The translations under genes and the position numbers were made by a program. The notes below the pieces were generated by a model. The model was not told the origin of the DNA and ran no database searches. It saw only the letters and a program-made list of their open reading frames with translations. From contig OZ076420.1 in assembly GCA_964187785.1 (NCBI GenBank), positions 11,470,001-11,534,000 on the forward strand: 64,000 bases of DNA, written 5' to 3'. This DNA is from Amphiscolops sp. MND2022 (Eukaryota). Positions 49,401-60,460 of the stretch are shown one piece after another (the first letter of the stretch is position 1; every line of letters starts with the position of its first letter).

Positions 49401-52400
49401 TCTGGGGATAATGATGAGTGGATATAAAAATATTGGGTTCGTTTGCGTAATAGGGCAAAATATGATTACCGTGAGTATGGAAAGATTCACCGGATTGGGA
49501 GACGAGTTCATTTGTAACGTCAGAAAGATGACGGAATATTTTGAATGGACTAATTCGGAAGGGTTTAAGTTTTGTGGAAAAGTGAACAGGTTTAAAGTTC
49601 TTGTGAATAACAAAGATATTAAAGGCAAGTTGTTTTTGATGAGTTGTTTCAAATATAGATGTAGAAGAGGTTAATTTATGATTGAGTTGTTTATGTACTG
49701 TTGAGTAAATTTCAAGCATTGTGTATTCCACAGCAAGGAGCCAAACAGGGATTGGTTTTGAAAGTAGTGTCGAAAAGAACGGGTTAAGATCACTGGATTG
49801 ATAATGTGAATGTGCGGGTAATGTGGACCAATATGAAGAAATGCAATTGTGTTGGGAGTTTCTGACTAAATTTAAATCAAATGAAAGAGGTTTGCCAGGA
49901 TGAGTTTGAAAAACAATCAGATAAGGAGACAGTTTTAAATTTGAAATGGGAGTGGTGTTATGTGCGTATGCATATGTTAGTGTTTGAGTTGATCAATTAT
50001 TAGGGGGTCTTGTAAAAATAAACGAAGACGAGTTCCGAGATTGCGGTTTTGATTTTCGACTAGACCATTGGTCCATGGTGAATAAGGAGTACGAGAGAGT
50101 GTTTAATATGAAAGAGTGAACATAAGTGAGCCATGTTTTGGTTGATATATTGGGTGCCGCGATCAGTGACTTAACATTGAGGCGAGCCAAATTTTGTAAT
50201 CCAGTGGTAGAGAAAGGTATGAATCATGTTTGGAATTATTATTTGGAGTGGGATTTGTAATTTTGAATTGACTGAAAGCATCAAAAATACACAGATGTAG
50301 GGGTTACCGTTGGAAGTGGGAGAGATCGGACCTTTTGTGTCCATTGAGATACGATAATTGAAGTGTGTAGCATTTTCTTAAAATAGCAGAGGAGGAGCAA
50401 AAGTACTTTAAAGAGGAAAATGTTTATTCGTTTGACAATCAATACAGTCATGAATGAATATTGAGAGTCAATGTGGTAATTGAGGGATATGGTAAAATTG
50501 GTTAAATGTCTTTTTTTGAGAGTTTTTCACCAGAATGCCCTCGAGAATAGGTTTTTTTGAAGGCGACGTGGAAGAGTGTAAAAGGCAAACAAATGCGGGT
50601 TTTGTTAATGACAGGTTGGGAACCTGGAGTGTTTAATTCTTCGAAAGTACGAGGTTTATCAAGAAAATAGTGAATAAAATGTGAAGTAGGGTCAATGTAT
50701 AAGTGAGAAAGTTGTTGATAATAAGTGTGGAGGAAAGAATTGCTTTTAATAGAGGGATACGGAGTGTCTGGTTTGGTTTTATTTTTTTATCCGTTCATTC
50801 ACGATGGAAAGAACATGATCTAAATTTCGTTGTTCTATGATAACTTGTGTTGTGAGAGACGTGTTAGAAGGCAGGAAAACTTTTTAAATTCCTGAGCATA
50901 TTTTAAAAAGGAAGGGTCAAAATAAGGGATAACATTCTGTATGGAGTTTGATTTAATAAGGGTTGGAGTTAGGCCTAAAGAGTGAGGTTTAGCAGTAGAA
51001 ATATTTTATACAAGTTCTTGTTGTGAATGCGTATCAAGAGGATTGGAAATTATTGGTTTGTTAAATTCAGAGGATTGTGAGGTTGGTTTATTTAGGATAC
51101 GTTTAGAAATAGAATCGTCATCACTATCAAGATCAGTTTCATATAGGAGGAAGTTTTGTTTTGAAAGAATTTTTGTTTGTTTTTTTACATGGCGTTTATA
51201 TTTTTGATTTAACGCAAAAACCAATTCAAATGAAAATGAGTCAAGAGGAGTGTCTTCAATAGTGTTACCATTGTCATTAATACGGAGAGTATATTTTTGT
51301 GAACCGTAGTCAGCAAGAATTGGATGAGAATCAATATTTTGATTCGGTAAAATTTCTTCGCGTTGTACTAAAGAATGGATTTCAGTGAGAGTATTGTTTG
51401 GGGTTAGTTGGGCAAATTCAATAGGTGGCAGTAACGTTTTAGGTTGTAATTGACAAGAGGTGGAGTTAATAGAAGAAAAATCACGACTAAGCATATCAGC
51501 AACAGCTAAGTTTGCACCAGCAGTATGTATGATACGGAGGTTAGAAAAGTTTGTAAGAAGCATTTGGGTTTTGTATTGTCGTGGAGTGAGATTACCTTTA
51601 CGTGTAAAGAGAAATAAGAGTGGGTTAAGGTCAGTGAAAAGAGTAATTGGAAATTTAGAGTCGATTGTGATATTATCATAAGCGGTGAGACAGCGCAAAG
51701 TGACAGCGCAAAGTTCTTTGTCGTAAGTGGAAAGTTTTTGTTCTTGAGTGTTGAGAATACGCGAGTTATATGAAATAACTTGCATTTTATTATTTGAGTT
51801 TGGTTGAAATAAAACAGCACCAAGGAGAATAAGAGAAGCATCAACGGTGATAATGAATGGTTTTGAAGTGAAAGGGATTGCTGATTCAGCATACTTTTTG
51901 AGTGAATATATAATATTTTCGAATAATTCGTTAAGTTCAGGCGTCCATTCAAAAGAGAAATCATCATGGAGAAGTGTGTAAAAAAGTTTGAGATCGATGT
52001 GCAAACTTTGAATGAACTTTGAAGAGAAACTCATAGAGCCAATAAAGCGCATCAATTCGCGTTTGGAAGAAGGAGTTTTAAGTTTGTGAATACCACCCAA
52101 TTTAGAGTGGTTTGGTTTAATTGTTTAATTGCCGATTTCATGTCTAAGAAACTTGACGGTAAGGAGTACGTGAAAATATTTTTCAGGAGCAATTTTAAGA
52201 TTGTTTGTTCGGAAAATTTGATGTAGCTGTTCAATAAGTTCAATCATGTGGGGTTTTGTTTGAGAGAGTAGTAATATATCATCGATATACACCAAGGCAA
52301 AACCTTGGTCAATGAGTTTTTGGAAAAAGGTGTACATTTGTTTTGTGAAGAAAATGGGGAGTCCTTTCAGACCATATAAACCTTTGATAAAAGCATCGAG

Positions 52401-53343
52401 TTTATCACCAGATGAAACAATGGTTAAGCGAATTGTTTCTTTGACAAAGCGAGCATGTGCGTAAGCATACATTAGGTCAATTGCAGATTTAAATTTTTTA
52501 TTAGCACGAGCTAACTGGGGATTGAGGGGTTCAATGGGCCAAGATTCATAAACTTGGTCAGTGTTTGAATCTAAATGAAGGGCGTCTGAAAAATTTTTTT
52601 TGTAACTCCTTTGCGAATAATGATGAGTGGATTCAAAAACGTTGTTCCGTAATAAGGTGTCTCAGAAGGGTTTGAGCCGATCTGTCGAATTATTTTGTGT
52701 TTTCCTAAATCTTGTAAAAGATTCTTTAAAGTTTCACGGTAGTGTATGGGAACTTTGAGTTTAGTAGTGTAGTAGGACGTTGAGTTTGAAGTTTGCACTT
52801 TGGTTTTAATCTGATACGAAAAGGGGTTGAGATTTGACCGACATCAATACGATGAGTGGCATAGCAATTTTGGTATTTAACAAACATTTGGCAAATTTTG
52901 AGATTTTCATCATTGGTAATGTCAGAGTAGTGAAATTTGAATTTGTTTAGAAATGAAAGTGTCTGATTTGAATATGGCGGGGTAGGAAAAGAATGTTGAA
53001 TTATTCGGGATGGTTGTAAATTTTGGAGTTCAAATGATGATGAAGAGAGGTTAGATGGTGAGGATGAGGAACGTACAGGTAGTTTAGGTTCTACAAGAGT
53101 TGGATAATAAGAATTAAAAACAGAATTAACGATAGGGTTTATATCATGGACATGGTAAGCAGAGGGTAGGTCAATGTTAGCGGGAATTTCAATGTAGCCG
53201 ATACAAACGAAAGGAAGCGTCGCAGAATGATTTGTAATATTTTGAATTATTACTGAACAGTGTGAAGGTGGAAGAGTGGTTTTGGTTGGAGTTTCAATGG
53301 TTTTGATTTTGGTGTACAGTTTCATTGGAAGAGGTAGGTTCAA
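49401..53343 (-). pseudogene. pol: pol copy 3: pre-RT linker, RT, RNase H, IN
   Basis: ORFs 52726..53343, 52125..52472 (YIDDIL) and 51006..52100 (ITVDAS, YDKELCAV, ADMLSR); IN remnants 49411-50700. Confidence 0.92.
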
Positions 53344-53349
53344 TATGAT

Positions 53350-56100
53350 GAACAGCAGGTTGAAAACGGGATTTAGAGTTAGAATAAGAACGAGATCTAT
53401 GATATCTTTGGTAAGAAAGTTGGCGGTATTACGTTTTCTTTGATCTAAAAGAGTTAGAGTTGTTTCGCCAGTAGCTACTATGAGAACGAGGAAGAGAATG
53501 AAAATTGTGTCGAGAAGAGAAGCCAGAAGAAGGGTGGTAGGATTTATTACAAGAATGTGAGTTTTTGTAAAAGTTGTTCATACCTAAAATGGCGATTAGA
53601 ATCATTGATAGAAGAGTAGGAGTTATGTTTGTGGGAGGGGTAATCATATCTATGAGAGTGATAGTTATTTCTATGGTGAGAGGATGAACGAGAGCGAGAA
53701 TATGTAGGTTTAGAGTGAGAGTAATTATGACGAGAGTTACTATAGCTTGGACTCGGTTTCTACGAGAGTTTCGGGCAAATGAGTTTGGACGAGAGTTTTT
53801 AAAATGTGCGTTTAAAAGAGTTGATAAAATGACGCAGTGGGACATTTAGATTGTGATGGGCGATCTTTTAATGAATTCAAACAGCGAAAACATGTAGATA
53901 CAGAATGATTATTTTTATGACAGAATTTCGATAGAAAGTTCTTGAGTTTTGATCTTTTCATGTGCAATATCTCCAGAGTCAACCATATTGACAAGGGTGT
54001 GAAATGGTATTGAAGGTTCAAGCGAGCTAGAGATATGTTTAACTTGACGTTTGTTGGCGAAGCCTTTCAACATTTTAGGAAGACTACGAGTGGAAATTTC
54101 ATTGCATTCAAGATTGATGGTGGAAGGATAATCATTATACCATCCTTGGTTAACAAGAGTTTCGACTTTTAAAGCAAATAGACGAACATTTTCATTATCC
54201 TTTTTGACAAGTCAAAGAGCATCAATTTGAGCATGGTAGGCATGCTTTTGAGAATAGAATTGTTTTTTGAACATTTGTAAAACAAAAGACCAGTCAGATT
54301 TGTAAACTTGAGGTAATAGGTCATACCAATTAGAGGCAGTGCCAGTGAATGAGCAATACAAGAGGGACATACGCCGAGAATGCCATGTTAAATATGATTG
54401 TGGGTCAAGTGGTTGAGGACCTAATTGAGAAAGACTCGAGCACTTAAATGAACGAGAAGTTTTTCAGGTTAGTATGTATATTCGCAGCCATCAAAAAGTT
54501 TAATTGGATCAGAAAGTGCAGCAAAAAGAACGGAATGAGTGGTTTGTTGGACTGGAAGATGTGTTTGAGGTAGTGGAGGATGGAAAATTTGGGATTCAGG
54601 GTACGATATGGGAGGTAAATTTGAATTATTATGGTGAGGTCGCGAAAAATTGGAGAACGCAAGTTACATAGTAGGATACGGATTGGATGAATATGTGGGT
54701 AGAGATTGAATTTGAAAAGAATAGAAATGATAAGAGTTAGAAGAAATTGCGTGGTTATTGTATGTGTTATGGTTTTTAGGTTGTGTAAATGGTAAAGAAG
54801 GTGGTTGGTTTAGATGTTGTGTGTGGGGGTTAGGATATATAGGTTGAGTGGTAAAAATAGTATGTTGAGTTGTACGGAGCGATTGAGTTTTTGAAATGTT
54901 TGCATTTAGAGATGGCGGATTAAACGTTTTTGTGAGTTGTTGAAAAATATGTGAGCTCCTAGGGCCAGGGTTGGTTGGAGGAGAAATGAGATTTTGAGAG
55001 TAGGGCCTAAAGTGTTAGGTGAAGAGGTAGGAGTTAACAAAGGGGAGTTTGTGTTATGTGGATTAATCTGGGAGGTTAATGGGTTAGAGCAAGGGTTAAT
55101 GGCAAAAAGCTGATATGTGGAAGGGTTAATATTAATTTGTTGTGTATTATTTTTTAGAGGGGGATTATATGTGGATTTGATAATGGATTATGACCAATAC
55201 TGTGTGTAGGAACTGAAACTGACGGAGAGTCTAGATTAAAAATATTTGAAGTCATGTTTGTAATAGTGGTATATGGTCGTTTGAGTGAAGCAAGAGGAGA
55301 AATTTTTGGATAGACATTTGATCAAAAGTAATCATAATTATATGATTTTTAGGGGTTTCCGTAAAAGTTAAAAATTGAGCGTGTTAATTTTCGTCATTTG
55401 AGATAAATGGAAGAAGTTCGTCGTTTGTGAAATGACTAGGGAAATTAATAAATGGTCTTGATCCTTCCTCATTAATTGATAGTTAAATCGGAAAAACTCC
55501 TGAGAAAGAGAGAATATATACGAGTTTGAGGAATGGTTTGATCATTTAAAGTGATTTTGTGAAAGAATTGGAATTGGAATTGTTTGAGCTGAAGTAAATC
55601 TGTTACAAGCCAATGATGAGGGTTATTTTCAATTGAACGGAGCTGTTCTAAAGTAGAAACTTCAAAATAAGAATCCTTGCCTTGTAAAGCTTGAATGGCA
55701 GAGGGTAGGAAAGTAGGTTCGTCTGTGAGGTTATTTAATTCCTCGAGTTTAGTGAGAAAAGCAAGAAAAACTCGAGAAATTGGAATAAAAATATAAGATG
55801 GGTAATTGTGATTATTATATACAGATTGTGGAGTCTTAAAGATAATTGAAAATGGGATAGTTTTGCTTCTTGGGTGAGTGAATGGGTTTCAATATATTAA
55901 AGATACGAGTCATGATGTTCTCGGATTAGGGGAGCAGTATAATAATCTTCAGGGTATGTTTCAAATGATAGTGGTGTGGTCATATTATATCGGAGATTTT
56001 CGATTAATGTAGTGATAGATTCTTTAATTCGTCTTGTGGTGATGGTTGCAATGGTGGTAGCAATGGGGTCCAATGCAAAAGGAATGGGGAGGTTCATTTG
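53350..56100 (-). pseudogene. gag: Long gag-like ORF
   Basis: Core ~53960-54450 (WHSRRMSLLYCSFTGTASNWY...FKKQF...KKDNENVRLFALKVETLVNQGW) is retrotransposon-gag-like; R/S-rich C-terminus; boundaries approximate. Confidence 0.65.
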
Positions 56101-56734
56101 GTAGACGTTTGAAGAGACATTTTGGAAAGGTATGAAGAGTATTTTAATTATAATTTTTGAAAGAAAAAAGATATAATATAACAAGTTGGAAAAAGTAATT
56201 TGCAAATTGTTCTTCGAGTTCAGCAGGATTTTCGATATGAATGTTGGATGGTCTTTGAGGTCTTGGTAATATTTGAGGAGCAACAGCAGCAATAGAAGGT
56301 GTTTTAAGAGGTTGATTAATGGTTTGGTTTTTTTGTAAGAAAGGTTTTTTTGTAGTTCATGTATTTGTTTTTGAGTATAATTTTAAGGGTTGAGGTAAAA
56401 TTCTAGGGGTTTGGTTAATTTGGAGTTAAGCGTGAAGTTTTGATATTTAGCGAGGAGCGATGAAACATGAAGGTTGCGGTTATATAAAAAAAGTTTTGAA
56501 AGAAAAGAATGTAAATTATTACAAAAAGTTAGAGTTAGATTTAAAATGGAACGGTTGTTTATGGATATTAAGTATAATTTTAAATAGTTTTTACAATAGT
56601 ATTGCTCGATTGTGAGGATCAATTTTTCAGCAAGCAAGGTGAAGAATACAAGTATTGCAAAAAAGTATGTTGTAAACAAAATTATGGTGACGAAATTTTC
56701 TGAAAATAACATTGTAAAAAATGGTAAATGAATT

Positions 56735-56965
56735 AGAGATGAAGGTTCACCGACGAGTTGTCGAATCAAAGACTAGTGCAGAAATTAAGGTGTACCGACA
56801 TTTGTCGAACCGTTCTGTTCGGTTAGTACAGAAGACTTGTTGTAACGACGCAGGGTCGAACCAATTGAGGTTAGTACAGACGAATTATTGTACCGACTCG
56901 TAGTCGATCTAATGAAAGTTAGTACAAAAAATTGCAAAGTCTACCGACAATTTTGTCGAGCCAAC
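56735..56965 (-). repeat. Five degenerate ~49-nt repeats, each with a CGAC-N4-6-GTCG hairpin (leader/psi-like)
   Basis: Hairpins at 56751, 56796, 56845, 56894 and 56945 with conserved stems and different loops. Confidence 0.75.
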
Positions 56966-57168
56966 ATGTCTGACTTGTAGTGAAGTTGGGCGTAGGCATG
57001 TTGAGATTTCCGCGTTTCGTAAATTTTTTCGTAGAAATTATTTCTGAAGAAAATTTATTATGAAAAAAATTGTTTTCTATTCTGCTTCGACGGGGTTTTT
57101 AGAAAAGAAAATGAATAGAAAAGTGAGAGAAAGGGAACGGCCGGAGTGAAACAGAAAAGAAAGATTTT

Positions 57169-57184
57169 CGAGCTGGTCGCACCA
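57169..57184 (-). promoter_or_regulatory. Primer-binding site TGGTGCGACCAGCTCG
   Basis: Begins TGG two nt after the 5' LTR; complementary to a tRNA ending ...GGUCGCACCA (Gly-like acceptor, inferred). Confidence 0.8.
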
Positions 57185-57186
57185 GT

Positions 57187-57567
57187 TGATGTATTATTGT
57201 TTTATGTTTGTTATTGGGTTTATCAAGATACTTCAAAAAGATTTTAGATTACTGGGTAAAGCATCAGAGCTGCGTTTGTCAATCTAGACAAAACTACTTT
57301 TTTTGGGGAATCTATTTCTCTAAATCGAGTTATATAAATCAAAGTTGGTTTATAGTGATTGACATAAAATGTGGTTACAAATGAGAATAATATTACACAG
57401 AGTTTGGGTACTATGAAATTTACATCAATTATATAGAGTAAGTTACATAAAGTACATCTATTAAATAAAGGATGTTGAAATGGGTTGACATATAATTGAC
57501 AGATAACTAAATGAAGTTGGCTTTTAGGTCACGGGGTTAGAGATTATGAATCATCATAGGTATCTCA
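57187..57567 (-). repeat. 5' LTR (381 bp), copy 1
   Basis: Adjacent to the PBS and to TSD CCAT. Confidence 0.93.
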
Positions 57568-57595
57568 CCATCGACTTCAGTTCGATACTGATTTA

Positions 57596-57661
57596 GTTAC
57601 TTTCACTCAGCTGGTAGCGCATCCCCCTATCAGGCAGTAGAATGTGGGTTCGAAGCTCGCC
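57596..57661 (+). pseudogene. tRNA-derived sequence (A and B boxes; SINE head or tRNA pseudogene); repeated at ~60489 and ~63375
   Basis: tcactcagctggtagcgca (D-arm/A-box-like) and gtgggttcgaagctcgc (T-arm/B-box); acceptor stem does not pair. Confidence 0.6.
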
Positions 57662-60079
57662 TTCATCGCACTTATTTAAGAAGGCAGAAAATACCCCGGT
57701 GCTTAGCGGGCGTCTTGTGTCAATGTTAAGGACTAATTTAGACGTTTTAGACAGAGATAGATGGTGTTGAAGTACTTTAAGGAGACGCTAGCAGAGCTGT
57801 AGATATTAGGTCAAGAAAGAACAGTTTTGGTGATGAAGAATTTATTGACCATCTGGTGGAGTTATGAATCAAAACTGCTTTACAAATCTATTGTTTAAAG
57901 ATGTCGACAAAGTGTACAGTCGAATATGAATCAATATGCTACACACAAACATAGAGGTCTAGACTAATAGTAAAAAAGTGTATATGGAATGTTGTAGTTA
58001 TATCAGTTTTCCAAAGTTATCGCCTGCACAGAATGCGACAATATATAACCGTTTTAAACATTTTACAACGAACATATTCATGAAAGTTTCTGACATTTCC
58101 GAAAAAAAAGCTTACTAAAATCAAAGATCACAAATAATAACCCGATGTGTTCATCAGAATTCTTGAGGACAATTTATAACCTTGGTTGATAATTATATCC
58201 GAAACGGCTTTGCCCCGAAACAAAAGCCGGGACATTAACGAAAAAGCATGATTACCCTATTGGTCGTCTGACTATACTTAAGGAATAAAAAGAGAATTTG
58301 TTTTGGAGCGTTGTCAAAGTTCTCTGATGAGACAGGGGTTGCTTTGGTTTTTGCTCCATTGCATCTTAGATGTTTCTTAAGGGTCTGAGAGTTATCAAGG
58401 ATGCACTAAACGCCAGATGAAACTTCAAGTATTCGTTTCGAGTTCGAGGAGTAATCATACAGTAATGACAAAAACTACAGTGGAATCGCAGTGTCTTTTA
58501 AACACTTCTACTAGAGACAAAGTCAAGAAACTTTTGTTGCTTTGTGAGTGTTTCCCGAATTAGAAATTGTTGAAATTTAGTGCGACGAGAAAATTAACTC
58601 CACTTTCTCTAAGTGCTCATGATTGTTTTTGTTCCGCGCTCCATCTCAGCCTTCCACAAAGTTCAAATAATGATAAAAGTATGTTTTAACAGATGTAACT
58701 GTGGAGCTATTTCTGAATCATGCCCCAATTTTCATGAATCCAACTCTTTAGAGAGACTTTTTGAATGTTTTTGTTGGTACGAGTATCTTCAACAACCAAA
58801 AAGCTAGCTACTTAAAATACTCTAGTTCACAGACATGCGTAATTTTTTGCAAAAGTGGAGATGAAATCAACTAATGAACGTATAGGCATTTCGATTAATG
58901 TAGTGATAGATTCTTTTATTCGTCTTGTGGTGATGGTTGCAATGGTGGGAGCAATGGGGTCCAATGCAAAAGGAATGGGGAGGTTCATTTGGTAGACGTT
59001 TGAAGAGACATTTTGGAAAGGTATGAAGAGTATTTTAATTATAATTTTTGAAAGAAAAAAGATATAATATAACAAGTTGGAAAAAGTAATTTGCAAATTG
59101 TTCTTCGAGTTCAGCAGGATTTTCGATATGAATGTTTGATGGTCTTTGAGGTCTTGGTAATATTTGAGGAGCAACAGCAGCAATGGAAGGTGTATTAAGA
59201 GGTTGATTAATGGTTTGGTTTTTTTGTAAGAAAGGTTTTTTTGTAGTTCATGTATTTGTTTTTGAGTATATTTTTAAGGGTTGAGATAAAATTCTAGGGG
59301 TTTGGTTAATTTGGAGTTAAGCGTGAAGTTTTGATATTTAGCGAGGAGCGATGAAACATGAGGGTTGCGGTTATATAAAAAAAGTTTTGAAAGAAAAGAA
59401 TGTAAATTATTACAAAAAGTTAGAGTTAGATTTAAAATGGAACGGTTGTTTATGGATATTAAGTATAATTTTAAATTATTTTTACAATAGTATTGCTTGA
59501 TTGTGAGGATCAATTTTTCAGCAAGCAAGGTGAAGAATACAAGTATTGCAAAAAAGTATGTTGTAAACAAAATTATGGTGACGAAATTTTCTGAAAATAA
59601 CATTGTAAAAAAAATGGTAAATGAATTAGAGATGAAGGTTCACCGACGAGTTGTCGAATCAAAGACTAGTGCAGAAATTAAGGTGTACCGACATTTGTCG
59701 AACCGTTCTGTTCGGTTAGTACAGAAGACTTGTTGTACCGACGCAGGGTCGAACCAATTGAGGTTAGTACAGACGAATTATTGTACCGACTCGTAGTCGA
59801 TCTAATGAAAGTTAGTACAAAAAATTGCAAAGTCTACCGACAATTTTGTCAAGCCAACATGTCTGACTTGTAGTGAAGTTGGGCGTAGGCATGTTGAGAT
59901 TTCCGCGTTTCGTAAATTTTTTCGTAGAAATTATTTCTGAAGAAAATTTATTATGAAAAAAATTGTTTTCTATTCTGCTTCGACGGGGTTTTTAGAAAAG
60001 AAAATGAATAGAAAAGTGAGAGAAAGGGAACGGCCGGAGTGAAACAGAAAAGAAAGATTTTCGAGCTGGTCGCACCAGT

Positions 60080-60460
60080 TGATGTATTATTGTTTTATGT
60101 TTGTTATTGGGTTTATCAAGATACTTCAAAAAGATTTTAGATTACTGGGTAAAGCATCAGAGCTGCGTTTGTCAATCTAGACAAAACTACTATTTTTGGG
60201 GAATCTATTTCTCTAAATCGAGTTATATAAATCAAAGTTGGTTTATAGTGATTGACATAAAATGTGGTTACAAATGAGAATACTATTACACAGAGTTTGG
60301 GTACTATGAAATTTACATCAATTATATAGAGTAAGTTACATAAAGTACATCTATTAAATAAAGGATGTTGAAATGGGTTGACATATAATTGACAGATAAC
60401 TAAATGGAGTTGGCTTTTAGGTCACGGGGTTAGAGATTATGAATCATCATAGGTATCTCA
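60080..60460 (-). repeat. 5' LTR copy 2 (with PBS)
   Basis: Near-identical to 57187-57567. Confidence 0.93.

Larger units (their letters stand above)
35693..57567 (-). mobile_element. Env-bearing Ty3/Gypsy LTR retroelement 2 with internal duplications, degenerate
   Basis: LTRs 35693-36071 and 57187-57567 (TG...CA on the - strand); TSD CCAT at 35689-35692 and 57568-57571; PBS; gag-RT-RH-IN-env order. Confidence 0.93.

Noticed and set aside
48250-51681. + strand ORFs antisense to Gypsy 2 pol (e.g. 48250..48471, 51460..51681, 46200..46463)
   Set aside because: Shadow frames of real pol codons, repeated only because pol is duplicated.
56735-56965. 49-nt periodic palindromes as CRISPR or attC array
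   Set aside because: Repeats are degenerate, lie in an LTR-element leader and have no cas or integron genes nearby.
57596-57661. Functional tRNA gene
   Set aside because: Acceptor and anticodon stems do not pair; kept only as a tRNA-derived sequence.
58379-58790. Possible small + strand exons in the flank (GSESYQGCTKRQ..., RCNCGAISESCP...)
   Set aside because: Short open frames with weak splice sites and no homology I recognise; cannot be supported without RNA-seq.
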